Of a DNA stretch of 33,795 nt, positions 11,360 through 23,129 are shown piece after piece. The DNA comes from Vicugna vicugna (Eukaryota). Every line of letters starts with the position of its first letter. The stretch's first letter is position 1. Location of the stretch: positions 1 through 33,795 of the forward strand of contig MU057833.1 of assembly GCA_013265495.1 (NCBI GenBank), given 5' to 3'. The notes below the pieces were generated by a model. It searched no databases, had not been told where the DNA came from, and saw only the letters and a list, made by a program, of their open reading frames with translations. A program made the translations under genes and the position numbers.

Positions 11360-11767
11360 ATTAGATATTCAGATACAATTTAAATTACAGAAAGATCATT
11401 TATTGACAAGATAAATAATATTTAGAACATAACCACATTGAGAAAGTGGGAGAATTAAGCTAAAGTTTAAGAAATGGAGAGTTAAATAAATTTGTTTTGG
11501 TGACTAGATATAAAAAATAAAGAAATCAAAGGAATCCATAAGAGCTCAGAGATTTTTGGAGTGAGTTACATTTTTAGATATGTTATACTTAATGCAATTG
11601 TAGAATGCCACTTAGATGATAATTTCCAGTTGGGGGTTGTGCATAAAAATCTGGTTGTGTAAAGGGGTATAGGGGAGCAAAATTCACCACCCCAAAATGT
11701 CTCTTTGGCATGTTGATTATTTTGAGCTGGAAATAATCAAAACCCAAAACAAATCTGACCTTCCCCC

Positions 11768-12273
11768 TGTTGACTGAAATAAAATGCACACCCTAACAGT
11801 TAAGAGTGATGTTTCACTTGGTGGACATTTTTGAAGACTCAAGTCCCATGGAGCCCTGGATGACGGCCTCCCAGATCACTCTGAGGGACTGCTTGGAGGC
11901 GGTCGGGGAGGAGCCAGAATATTCAGGAGTTTTACAACAAAGACCAGGTAGTCAGAACATTAAAGATTACCATTAAAGAAAACCAGACATCTCAAGTTAA
12001 AGAATTAAGTGCTTTTCTATGCATGGAAAAGAGCAAACATTTGGGCTTATTGAAATCATTCCTTTGGTGAACACTTAGCTACATAGGGCCAGTATCCTGT
12101 CCTTTCTTATTCTGAGCCCCTCGGAGGGCACCATTGTGGGCGGTGGCAGAGGATGGACTGCTGGTTTGTCTGCACCTAGAGCTCACTCTTGAGGGGTGGC
12201 AGCAGTGGCTGATGACTTGATGGCTTCAGCATTCTTTGTTTACTGAAATGGCTTGAAGTATTTTTTGTTCACA
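11768..12273 (-). mobile_element. Full-length MER41-like solo LTR
   Basis: tgttgactgaaat...ttttttgttcaca. 4-bp TSD cccc/ccac. Matches the reverse complement of 17693-18715. Confidence 0.85.
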
Positions 12274-12615
12274 CCACTAACTGCCTAAGGACATTTTCAT
12301 AGAGAACTTGTTCCCAGTATAGAGCCATCATCAGAGATATGTACAAAGAATGTGAGCTAGGTGTGGTGGCTAAACTCAACAGAGCCTAGAAGTCAGCGTC
12401 CACTTTGTGTTCCATTATCTCTGTATGGCCCAGCAAACACTTGTTTAGCAGAGATTATTTTTCCATCTCCGTGTCAATTGCCCTTTTCCCCCTTTGAAAT
12501 CCCAAATTCCTATCCCCAACACATCCTCTTTTTAGCTGAAGATGGTATTTAAGGTTAGAACTTCAGCCGTTTTGGTGAGCTACACAGCTTTCCTGGTCTC
12601 TCCCATGCATACACG

Positions 12616-12983
12616 TGCTAACTAAATATTGACACTTGCCATCTTCCTCTACAAAGATCAGATCACATTGGCACTTGCCATCTAACTGTGCTGGGATTAA
12701 ATCACAAACTGTTGCAGCCACTTATCTCCAACACTCCCTGAAAGGAGTCCAGGATGGAGGTCAGGAAGGAGGCGCTCTGGGTTCTGAGAAAACTGGCTGA
12801 ACAGGCTTCAGATACAATCCCCTCTTCACTGAAATCACATATAACACCGAGCTCTCCCCTGCCTCCTCAGAACAGCTTCTCACAGCTCTCTGGGACGCTG
12901 TCTCCCGGGCTATAGCCCTCATGTTGCCCCCAGTAAAACTTACCCCACAACTCTTATACTGTGTAATTTTATTTCAGTCAACA
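12616..12983 (+). mobile_element. MER41-like solo LTR of a different subfamily
   Basis: tgctaac...tttcagtcaaca. TSD cacg/catg. Shares its 3' third with the other MER41-like copies but has a different U3. Confidence 0.82.
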
Positions 12984-13104
12984 CATGTTATTACAGTTTC
13001 ATTTGATTTTTCTTCTGTTACTTTGTCTCACATCAATTTCATTTGTAGGCCAGGCAGAATTACTTAGGAGTAGAGAAAATTTTCTTCCTCTCCAACAAAA
13101 GTAA

Positions 13105-13215
13105 TTTGTAAACTTTATGAGAGCAGCGACTTTGTCTTGTTGACTGTGATAGACTCAGATTCTCACGCGTGACACAAAGATAATCCTCAACAAATATTTG
13201 AGAAATGGAAGAAAG
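13105..13215 (+). mobile_element. L2 3' end
   Basis: tgtaaactttatgagagcagcgactttgtcttgttgactg...ctcaacaaatatttg. Confidence 0.6.
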
Positions 13216-14486
13216 ATAGTACGATGTAATTTAAAAATGGAGGCTAAAAAAGGAAAGAAGGAGGAAGGAAAAGGAGAGAGACACAGAGAGATCTGGGGGA
13301 AATAGCATAGGAAATGAAATAAAAACAATGGCTGAGAATAGAGGCAGGTCCTTTTCTGGTAATAAAAGTTATTTCCTCTTAAATAGTTTTATTCCCACTA
13401 CCCTGATTACATTGCTCATCTCATTTTCATCTGAGATGTTTAACATAAACATAATGTAAAAGGAAAATTTAGATGTCTTTATTATTGTGAAAATCATAAT
13501 AAAAAAGAAACATGATCATTCAGTGAATATTTTATTTGTTCAGGTTAGTAAGTATAATGATAATAATTTTTACATCGCAATAAAGTGAGCAATGAGAATG
13601 GGTTATTGCCTTTATAGCCAAACATTTATTTCACTCGATTCAGAAATGTTCATGATATTGCATTTAGGAACCAATTACTGTACTATCAGGTTGTCATTTT
13701 ATTAAGGTAAAGTCATCTTAATACTGACACTTAAATGAAAATTTCAAGAATTTAAATGAGTTTACGTCCTGAAAGTTGTAATACAAGTTTAACTTTCTAC
13801 ATCTACTAAACGAAATTTTTTTTTTAGTTTTTTTTTTCCACTGCAGTAGGAAACTAGAAATTGATTGTAGGGGAGGTTTCTTGGGTTAGCCTTTCAATTT
13901 CAGGTAAACTCTATTTCACTGGAGAAAGGTAAAACCCTATTCTATTCTTTTATGGCATTGATATTCCCGTTCTCTTGACAATAAAATCATAAACAGCAGG
14001 CTCTAAGTATCGGTATACCTTTTGTTAGTATGAGGAGTTGAGTTCCAGAAACCTAGACATGAAACACTTTCCTAGGCCACTGACAGAGTAGAGAAGCCAG
14101 CAGGGCACTTAACATGCGAAGAAATAAGGGGTCAATTTAATAACAAAGTCAAGCATAGTTGTGGGTAGATGTGATTATTATGGACATTTCTTACTCTAAC
14201 TCTATCTCATTCTAAGTAACATTGACTATTTGGTAAAATGACCATAATAAGAAAGTTGAAGAAAGTGTATCATCTAAACATGGTAGCCAATTTTTTAGAA
14301 AGGTAGACTCCAAAAATATAAACTATTTAGCTTGAATTCAATCTCATTATATTTCAAAAGGAAATCTAAGAAACAGGAAGCAAATTATTGTTCAAAAATA
14401 TGTTATGTAGCAGATTATCCCCTAAAGTCTTTATATGGGCAGTAAGATTTTCTTTTATTCAGTCTCCCCGAAGTGATTCTATCTCT

Positions 14487-15405
14487 ATATTAGTTTCATA
14501 GGCTTTCTGGAACAACTTACCACAAACTTGATGGCTGAAAACAATAGATATTTATTCTCTCACACTTCTGGAGGTGAAAAGTCCAAAACCAAGGTGTCAG
14601 CAGGGCCACCCTCCCTCTGAAGTGTTTGCCTCTTCCAGATTCCGGTGGCTCCTGCGTGACTCCAATCCCCACTCCATCTGCACATGGCCTATTTCCATAT
14701 CTTTTTATCTATTTCTCCTTCTCTTTTCTTATAAGGATAAAAATACTATATTACAATGGAATACTACTCAGCCATAAAAAGCCAACAACATAACACCATT
14801 TGCAGCGACATGGATGTCCCTGGAGAATGTCATCCTAAGTGAAGTAAGCCAGAAAGAGAAAGAAAAATACCATGTGAGATCACTCACATGTGGAATCTAA
14901 AAAAAAAAGAAACAAACAAAAACAAAAAAAACAAAGCATAAATGCAAAACAGAAATAGACTCACAGACAGAATTCAAACTTGTGGTTGCCGAGGGGGCGG
15001 AGTGTGGGAAGGGATAGACGGGATTTCAAAACTGTAGAATAGATAAACAAGATTATACTGTGTAGCACAGGGAAATATACACAAGATCTTACGGTGGCTC
15101 ACAGAGAAAAAAAGTGACAGTGAATATATACATGTTCATGTATAACTGAAAAATTGTGCTCTACACTGGAATTTGACACAACATTGTAAAATGATTATAA
15201 ATCAATAAAAAATTTTTAAAAAGAAAAGAAAAAACTATATTATATTAAATATTACCCAGTATTAAAAAGAGATGAGCCAACAAGCAGTGAAAAGACATGG
15301 AGGAATCTTATTACTAAGTGAAAGAAACCAATCTGTAAGATTCCAATTATAGGAATTAGGACATGGAGATATAATTTGGGGAGGTCACCATTAAATGCAC
15401 TGTAA
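14487..15405 (-). mobile_element. MLT1-type MaLR LTR (14487-14739 + about 15351-15405), interrupted
   Basis: tattagtttc...taccacaaacttgatggctgaaaacaatagatatttattctctcacacttctggagg...caaggtgtcagcagggcc. Confidence 0.8.
14754..15228 (+). mobile_element. Young 5'-truncated L1 3' end
   Basis: Same family as 1-347. TSD aaaa(t/a)actatatta at 14740-14753 and 15229-15242. Confidence 0.93.
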
Positions 15406-15500
15406 TCTCCATTTTTACAGATAAGAAAAATCTGACCAAAGAAGATAAATTACTTTTTAAGAACACACTGAAATAGAGAGAAATTTAAACTCAAGTCTGT
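15405..15500 (-). mobile_element. MIR fragment
   Basis: tctccattttacagataagaaaa...atttaaactcaagtctg. Confidence 0.6.
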
Positions 15501-16261
15501 ATAAGATCAAAACCTTTGCAGAATCATCAAGACCCAATTTGAAAATTGCTGTTGCGATTGTGCTGATATATATCTAGGAAGAAGACAAAATTGTACTTTT
15601 GAGATTTTAGTGAGCAGAGATATTAAAATATTTTTAAATATAAATAATAAACAAAACAAACAGTATATCATAGATTGCTTAAAACCAAGTCTTACAAAAA
15701 ATGCCAAAAAAAAAAAAAAAACCACAGTCACATTTGGAACCACAATAAGAATAAAAAGAGTGAGCACTCTTGTCCTTTGATATGATGGATTGTTAATAGA
15801 TCCCATAAAAAGATAATCTTCACTGTCATTTGTCTTTTGGATATACTATCAAGGAAAATAGTCTTTGAGGTGAAAGTAGGAGAAGAAATTTTAGAAAGAA
15901 GGGCTGAAATCTAAAATAGGTGAGGAGTTTAAAGCAGAGAAACTAGCTTTTTTAAAGCAATGTCAAGTCTCCTCATGCAGGTAAATTACAGCTAAACAAA
16001 TGATGTAACTTCTAGCTTGGAAAATCACTAATCTACTTTGGTCAAGTTAAAAAATGATGAACAGTTAGAGAGTTCAACTGGGATGAAAACGTTTTGTACA
16101 TCATGACGTCTTTTAAAAGGGGATGTACATTCCACAAATTATTCACTTTACCTCAAACTCTGGGAGTATTTGAGTATGATTATTAAAGGGTTATTCATAA
16201 GCATTAAGAAGAAAAAAAGGTGATTATTAGAATCTGTGAAGAAATTAACAAAAATTATTTA

Positions 16262-17134
16262 TTCTATACACAGTAGTTTATGACAGATTTATTCATAATT
16301 GTCAACACTTGGAAGCAACCAAGATGTCCTTCAGTAGAGGAATGGGTAAATAAACTATATTACAAAAAATATTATCCAGTGTTAAAAAAAAAAGACCTAT
16401 CTAGCACTAAAAGACATGGAGGAATTTTAAATGTATATTAGTAAGTGAAATAAGCCAACCTAAAAAGATCTGTATAATTCCAAATATATGATATTCTGTA
16501 AAAGACAATACTATAGATTAGTAAAGTAAGACTATAAATTACTATAGTAAAAGATTTCTTGGATTTCCTAGGTTTACTGGGGAGAAAGGAATGAATCTAT
16601 GATATAGAGAAGATTCTTTTTTTTAATAGACTTTATTCTTTTAGAGCAGTTTCAGGTTCGCAACAGAATTGAGCAGAAAATACAGGGAGTTCCCACATAG
16701 CCCTCCCCACCCACACATACATACTCCCCTACCCTCAGCATCCCTCAGCACCCCTCAGCAGTGTGGCGTATGTGGTACAATCGAGGAACCAACATGGGCA
16801 CATTATTATCACCCAAAGTCCATGGTTTACATGAGGGAAGATTCTTAAGACATGAAGCTACTCTGCATGATACTCTCATAAAACTGAATGTATGATACAT
16901 GTCATTATAAATTTGTCCAAACCCAAAGAATATACAACACTGAGTGAATCTTAATGTAAATTACGGCCTCTGGGTGAAAATGATGTCTCAGTATAGGTAA
17001 CAGGTACCATTCTGGTGGAAATTATGGATAATGACAGTGTATGTGTGGTGGTAGAGAGTATATGAGAAATCCTTGCATATTCTACTCAATTTTGCTGTTA
17101 ATACTACCCTAAGAATAAAATTTATTTTTAAAAA
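16262..17134 (+). mobile_element. Old L1MC1-type 3' end, interrupted at 16619-16836
   Basis: tggaagcaaccaagatgtccttcagtag...aaaagacatggaggaa...atttgtccaaacccaaagaatatacaacac...ctcaattttgctg. Confidence 0.85.
16619..16836 (-). mobile_element. Young-looking L1MC1-type 3' end
   Basis: Perfect TSD gaagattctt (16609-16618, 16837-16846). Reverse complement closely matches 6619-6830. Confidence 0.88.
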
Positions 17135-17692
17135 GCTAATGGAATATCATGACCAGGATACTCCAATCTTACCCAGATTTCTTCAGTTTTATTTACAAGT
17201 TGTCTTTTGATGCAGAATCTGAGGACAAAAATGAAGACAACAGGAAAACCTATCACAGAGAATTTGCATTAAAATTGGCTAAGGTTTCCCATGAGTTATA
17301 AAAATTATGGGAGACACAAGTGGAGGAGTTTCATGGGTTGAGTTGGAAAGAAAAAACTTCTTAGTTTGAAATAATCTTTTAATTCCAGGCAGAAAGTATG
17401 GGAGAGGGTTTTAGAACTGTATTTGCTATATTTTGAAGAACACTGAGAATAATAATAATGGACAGTGACGATTTCAAAGATATTTGTACTTACCACTCTT
17501 CTGTAAAGAGTCTTTTTTAAATGGAATTTATTTCATTATTGCTTTTCTGTTAAGAGTGATATTTCTTCAAATTGTCACTGACAGAGCCAGGGCCTCAGAG
17601 AGCTCTGTGGAATTAAACAAAAACCACACAAATGAGAACAAATAAACACTATTAAGGGGAGTGGAAAAAAGAAATGGCTTCATGTATACTAT

Positions 17693-17978
17693 TGTGAATG
17701 AAAAAATACTGCAAACCCTATCAGTAATCAAAGAAAACTGTGGCCATCATGTCATCAGCTGTTCCTGCCTCGCCCAGCACTGAGCTCAGTTTTCAGACAA
17801 GCAGGCGGTGTGGCCTCTGCAGCCATGCAGTGGTGAGCCCTGAGGGGCCTCGGGGTGTGGAAAAGCAGGCCCTGGATAGCTAACTGGTGTCAAAGGAATG
17901 ATCTCAATGAACCCAGACATTTGCACATTTCCATACATAGAAAAGTGTTAAATTCTTTTTTCTTTTTCCTTATTTTTG

Positions 17979-18017
<39 letters not shown>

Positions 18018-18715
18018 ATATGCATAGTCAGTTTACAATGTTGTGTTAATTTCTGGTGTATAGCACAATGCTTCAGTCATACATGAACGTTCATATATTT
18101 ATTTTCATATTCTTTTCCATAAGTTACTACAATACACTGAATACAGTTCCCTGTGCTACATAGTATGAACTTCTTATTTATTATATATATATATTAGTAT
18201 CTATAAATCTCAAATTCCCAATTTATCACTTCCCACCTCCTCCCCACCCCCATAACCATAAGTTTGTTTTCTATGTCTGTGAGTCTATTTCTGTTTTGTA
18301 AATAAGTTCATTTATCTTTTTTTTTTTTTTAGATTCAACATATAAATGATACCATGTTTTATTTTTTTTTCTCTTTCTGGCTTCCTTCACTTAGAATGAC
18401 ATTCTCCAGGGCCCTTCATGTTGCTGAAAACGGCATTATTTTTATTTTTTATGGCTGAATAGTATTCCATTGTATAAAGAGCTAAATTCTTTATTTGAGA
18501 TGTCTGGCTTTCTTTCATTAACAATAATCTTTCGATATTCCAACTACCTGGTTTTGGTTGTAAAAAAAATCCTGTGTATCCTGGCTCCTCCCTACCTCCT
18601 CAGAGCAGTCCCTCAGAGTGATCTGAGAGGCTGTCATCCACGCTGAGTCCTCAACAAGTCCATCAAATAAAACATAGCTCTCAACTTTAAGGATGTGCGT
18701 TTTATTTCGTTGATG
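17693..18715 (+). mobile_element. MER41-like solo LTR interrupted by an L1
   Basis: Perfect 4-bp TSD ctat (17689-17692, 18716-18719). AATAAA near 18666. Homologous to 11768-12273. Confidence 0.87.
17958..18475 (-). mobile_element. Young L1 3' end with a (CT)n tract near the tail
   Basis: TSD aaagtgttaaattctt/aaagagctaaattctt. Same family as 8440-9050. Confidence 0.9.
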
Positions 18716-19635
18716 CTATTATGAAAGTTTGTTGCTTGGTGAAGCTGGAAGCAGGGTAATTAGAATCAAGGCATCTTATATGACTGGTTTGGGGGCATGT
18801 TGATCTTTCTCTGTGACCCCTGCAGAGGCTGGGGTTTGGCTTCCGGAGCTGACTGCTAAAGACACTGTGGGTCAGAACTCTTCTGTCAAATATGACTTGG
18901 CCTTTTTCATTCGTATATTATCTCTTAGCCCTGGTCTGTTCTGTCCTTTTCTCCTTCCTTTCTCCCTATCTATCTATGCGACTGTTTCCCAGGTTTATTT
19001 AGCAGCCTCTCTTAATTGCCTCGCTCCATTTTAAAATTAAAATTGGGTTATAAAACATAATTTGCTTACATTAAATTATTGTCAAATTATTTGGTTGAAG
19101 TATAAAATGGAGTTTTGAGGATAGGGTGATCAGCATAAGCTAGATAAATAGAACAATCTTTACAGAAGAAGTAATATTAAATTTTAAATACATATTGAGC
19201 ACTTTAAAAGTGAAGATAGCACCTTTAGCCTTGGTGATAATGTGTTCACAGTTCTATTTATCAGAAAGCTTGCACTGCAGTAAGAAAGACAAAACTACAT
19301 AGGAATGTGAAATAATAATTTTAATAGAAGAATAAGCAGAAAGGGAGGAGGCCCGCCAGAGAAAGAGAACCATAAATAACTTCCTTGACATAAGACAAGA
19401 CATTTTGCACCTAAGCCATTGTGTGGTCTAAGCCTTGCCTCAGTGCTTGCCCTTGCAGAACAGGTCACACTGCTTAACACTTGATTTTTTTTAATTTATT
19501 TTTTAACACCTTCATTGTGGTATCGTTCCTGTACAGTAAACTACACATAGTGACCAATTTTAAGATAACAAAGGTAAAATAAAAGCTTTTACCAGTCCCC
19601 AGAGATGACAACCATACCTGAGACAACACATCAGT

Positions 19636-20622
19636 TGTAAAGACTCTGAATTTTGTTTTCAAAGATAAACATTAGTCTGCAGCACATTCTTGGGCTGTTC
19701 TGCAAAACTCAAATACCGTGGAGCACTCAGCCACCAGGCGACCTGGAACCTAAGGAATGATGGGGCCAGACTTTTCTGGTCCTCATGACTTCAATCAGGC
19801 AGCGCCTGGACTCTTGTTAAACTTTGCCCAGTTTTCTGCTGGATTCTTCTCTGCTCAAACCTCTTCATGAATATGCAAGTTCCCTTTAGCTGAAAATTTC
19901 CACAGTTGTGCTTACCAAACTCAGGCTTGGCTCCTTGCCACTTGAAAAGCCAATACTAGTGCTGGTGGGAATGAAAAAGGGTTGCTTTATTCAGGAGGCA
20001 ACCTGGGGAGACGGCAAACTTGGGTCCAAAAACCAACTCCAAAGATTCTGCTAGAAAGTTTTTAAAAGAAAACTCACTTGGGGAGGGGGTCTTTAAAAGG
20101 AAAACCAGTTGAGGAGGGGGTCAGAATCTTCCACTGTGTGCAGACTTTCTCCTGATTGGTTGGTGGTTAGGTAACAAGACGGTGCTCCAGGAACCTTGTG
20201 TTCAGCCGGAAGTAACCATCGTCCACCTGGGCTGGAGCCTTAGTTCTTACAAAAGAACTCAAAGGTACCGTTACAAACACTCCTTAAGGAAGAACCAGGA
20301 CCCTACTCCAAGACCACACTGTTGTTTCTTGATGGCTCACTTCCCTCTCTGATTAGCAACTATTTGAATCTGCCCTTTGGAACTCAGGGAAGGTCAAGGA
20401 GGCTGAATGAAGCCTATTTCCTACAAACAAATAAGCAAAAAAAGGACATGGAAAGGATCTGTAGCCAGGAGGGCCCCAAGAGGTCTTGCTCCATTTCAGA
20501 GACGTTGCTTTGGAATATCATCAACATATTCACTGCTAGTAATAACACTTTCCTTCTCCTTCTCTTTGGCTTAATTATGTATTTTGGCTCCACCAAGAGG
20601 CAAACTCAGTTTTCAGGTAACA
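19636..20622 (+). mobile_element. ERV LTR (host; about 19636-19908 + 20499-20622)
   Basis: TGTAA...GGTAACA termini. LTR-like text with atgaatatgc. No clear TSD. Confidence 0.6.
19909..20498 (-). mobile_element. Nested ERV LTR in opposite orientation
   Basis: The minus strand starts TGAAATGGAGCAAGACC and has CCAAT (20155-20159), TTTAAA boxes and AATAAA (19986-19991) in LTR order. Confidence 0.72.
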
Positions 20623-22218
20623 GAAGTTTCAATGATTCTTTGTGGAAATATAAAGGACAAAAATAGTAGTTGACCAAAGCAAGTGGAATGGGCTTCACAG
20701 AGAGATGTGCTGTGGTTTCTCATGAGTTGGTGCTTGCTAGATGGACAAGAAAAAAAAAAATAATGGTGTATAATATTACCCAGTGTTTCCAATAGGAGTT
20801 GGCTGTGAGGTTAGCATCAGCCGAAGGACAGCAATGAGGTTAGAACGGCATGTAAAGCATTGTATTATGAGATATAATTATTTTAAAAAGCCCATGTTTT
20901 ACTTTTCCAAAATTAAAAACAAAAGAGTTCCTATTTATATTTTTATTCTCTCTTTTAATTGGAATCAGAAGCATTTAGTCCTTTAGACTGAATCTATGCC
21001 TGAAAATTGAGGGCAGAGCTATCGTATATTTGAGGGGCAACTTTCCCTCAAGTATAGGAAAAATTATGTACCTTCTCTTTATTCATTTATCAATTCATAA
21101 GTTACCCTTTGTTTCTTGTGTTCAGCCTATAAAAGTTTCCCAGAAAAAAGAACATCTTTATAATTCCAAAAGATTTAACTCAAAAGTTTCCAAAAAAAAA
21201 AAAGAGATTTTGAAAATACTTGACAAGAACCTCAGCAATAGAGTCTTTTTGAGATTTCCTCAGGTAAATACATAATAATTGAATGATGACCTGTCTACTT
21301 CTTGCAGATGGAAGAAAGATACATACAATCAGTTTTAAAACCTTCTATGTGTCTGATAAGCATCTGTGGCTATCTAATTTTCTAAGCAGTCTAATAATCA
21401 GAAAAGAGAAGAAATCCAAGGATATTAATATGCTCTTTCATTTTCTCTTCAGAAATAAAAGAAAGTTCAGTGTGATAACAACAGCAAATAATGCCCTTCT
21501 TACTTCTATGTTAATGTTCAGCAATTTAGATGCCTGAGGCATTGCCTTCAGGTTTTGACAGTTCTGAAACCCAGCACTAAGATTTAACAATGAAAGAAAT
21601 GGCCTGTTTTATGCTATAAAGATTAATGATGCTCTCTGAGATGACGTCAGTGGTACATAGCCAATAGCTCTCTCCGATCTGGGTGAAATTTGAAAGAGCA
21701 TTTCCCTTGGGACTCATCAATAAAGCACTGGATTCAGCTTCATCTTAGAAGAATATTTTAAAGAAGGTGGACTGAATATAAGTAAAAATTATAATATGAA
21801 AACCAGCAATAGTACATTTTGCAAATGAACATGGGCAGAATTGAAGGGCACAGGGAAGAAAGGTTTTACGTGATAAATTAAAGTTAGGAAGCTATAGGTT
21901 TAAATGAATAATTGCATTTTTTCCCCAAGGGAGATATTAAAACATTTAGATAAGAACACATTTTTTGAAGTCAAAATTTTGAAACAAATCACCTTTTTGA
22001 AACAAATCAACTTAGCCACATACTTAAAAGTATAGGTCAGAGACATTACATCTAGCTGAATCTAGAGAAAGCAAATATTGATTTATTGAATGAAAAAGGA
22101 AGTGAATAAATTGGGGTTGGATGGGGAGTGAGTCACATATCTAGTTTTTGTTCTTAAATGTTGAGCCCTTTCACTGAATGAGCACAAGCCTCTATGAAAA
22201 CACATACATGTGCCCATG

Positions 22219-22260
22219 CACATACACACACACACACACAGACACACACACACACACACA
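22219..22260. repeat. (CA)n microsatellite
   Basis: Imperfect CA run. Confidence 0.95.
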
Positions 22261-22922
22261 TTTAGAATCCTCCTCCAGGAAGAGTGATTAACACTCCCTC
22301 CCTTCTTGCAAGAAATATTAAATAACTCTCTTTTCTAATAGAAGCTTGTATTATAATATGGGGCAAAACTATGTGGCCAGAGATCTAAATGCAAGTTTGT
22401 AGCCACAGTGTTTTGGAAGCATGGATTTGTCCAGCAGCCAGAAAGCAAGCAAACAAACAAGAAACAATTTTAAGGCCAAAAGAATAATCTGTTACAAAAA
22501 ATGATGCTATTGCTTGGAACAGGTGATAAAATTCTAAATGGCACTATTAAAGATTTGAGTGCACCATTAAGGTTTTGGGTTTTTTTTTAGGCAAGGGGAC
22601 AATGAATGCCCAAATACTGCCTCAGTTTTCTTTAAGTACAGAACAGCACTGTTATTAATCATGCTTTTGCCATTCAGAAAGCTAATAATTTGTGTTGGAC
22701 CAATGAAGCACTGCTGTTGCAACCCTAGTCTCAGGTAGCTTTTGGTCCTCTCAGTCTTAAATCTGAATTTTGGAATCTGCAGTTTCAATGAGGTGCAAAA
22801 TGGATGCCTTCTGATATCAGTGTAATAAATTTGAAGCCAGCTATCACATAAAAGAAAGTGACAGGATATAAAAGAGCAAAAGGAGACTGGGTTATCTCAG
22901 ACTCTGATCACTAACCCCATGA

Positions 22923-23070
22923 AATTCATTATTATTTCATTAAAAATATGTATTAAGTTTGTATATATCAAGTACTATTCTAGGAACCGAGATTATTATA
23001 GTGAATAATAAAAATAACAATAACAAATAGTACCTCTTCTTAATGGAGCTCATATGCTAGTTTATCGGGA
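22923..23070 (-). mobile_element. L2 3' end
   Basis: attcatt...tactattctagga...agtgaata...atggagctcatatgctagt. Confidence 0.65.
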
Positions 23071-23129
23071 AAGAAAAAGAAAAGAGATCATCTCAGACAG
23101 TTAAAATAGCACAACTAAACATTTTTAAA

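Larger units (their letters stand above)
11668..13097 (+). mobile_element. Second MER34-like solo LTR carrying two nested LTRs
   Basis: Pieces 11668-11767, 12274-12615 and 12984-13097 are colinear with 2824-3049 + 7311-7649. Ends ctccaaca. Confidence 0.85.

Noticed and set aside
11156..11414. ORFs spanning X residues
   Set aside because: Artefacts of the N gap.
20322..20666. 114-aa ORF
   Set aside because: It crosses two nested LTRs, has a non-ATG start, and resembles no protein I recognise.
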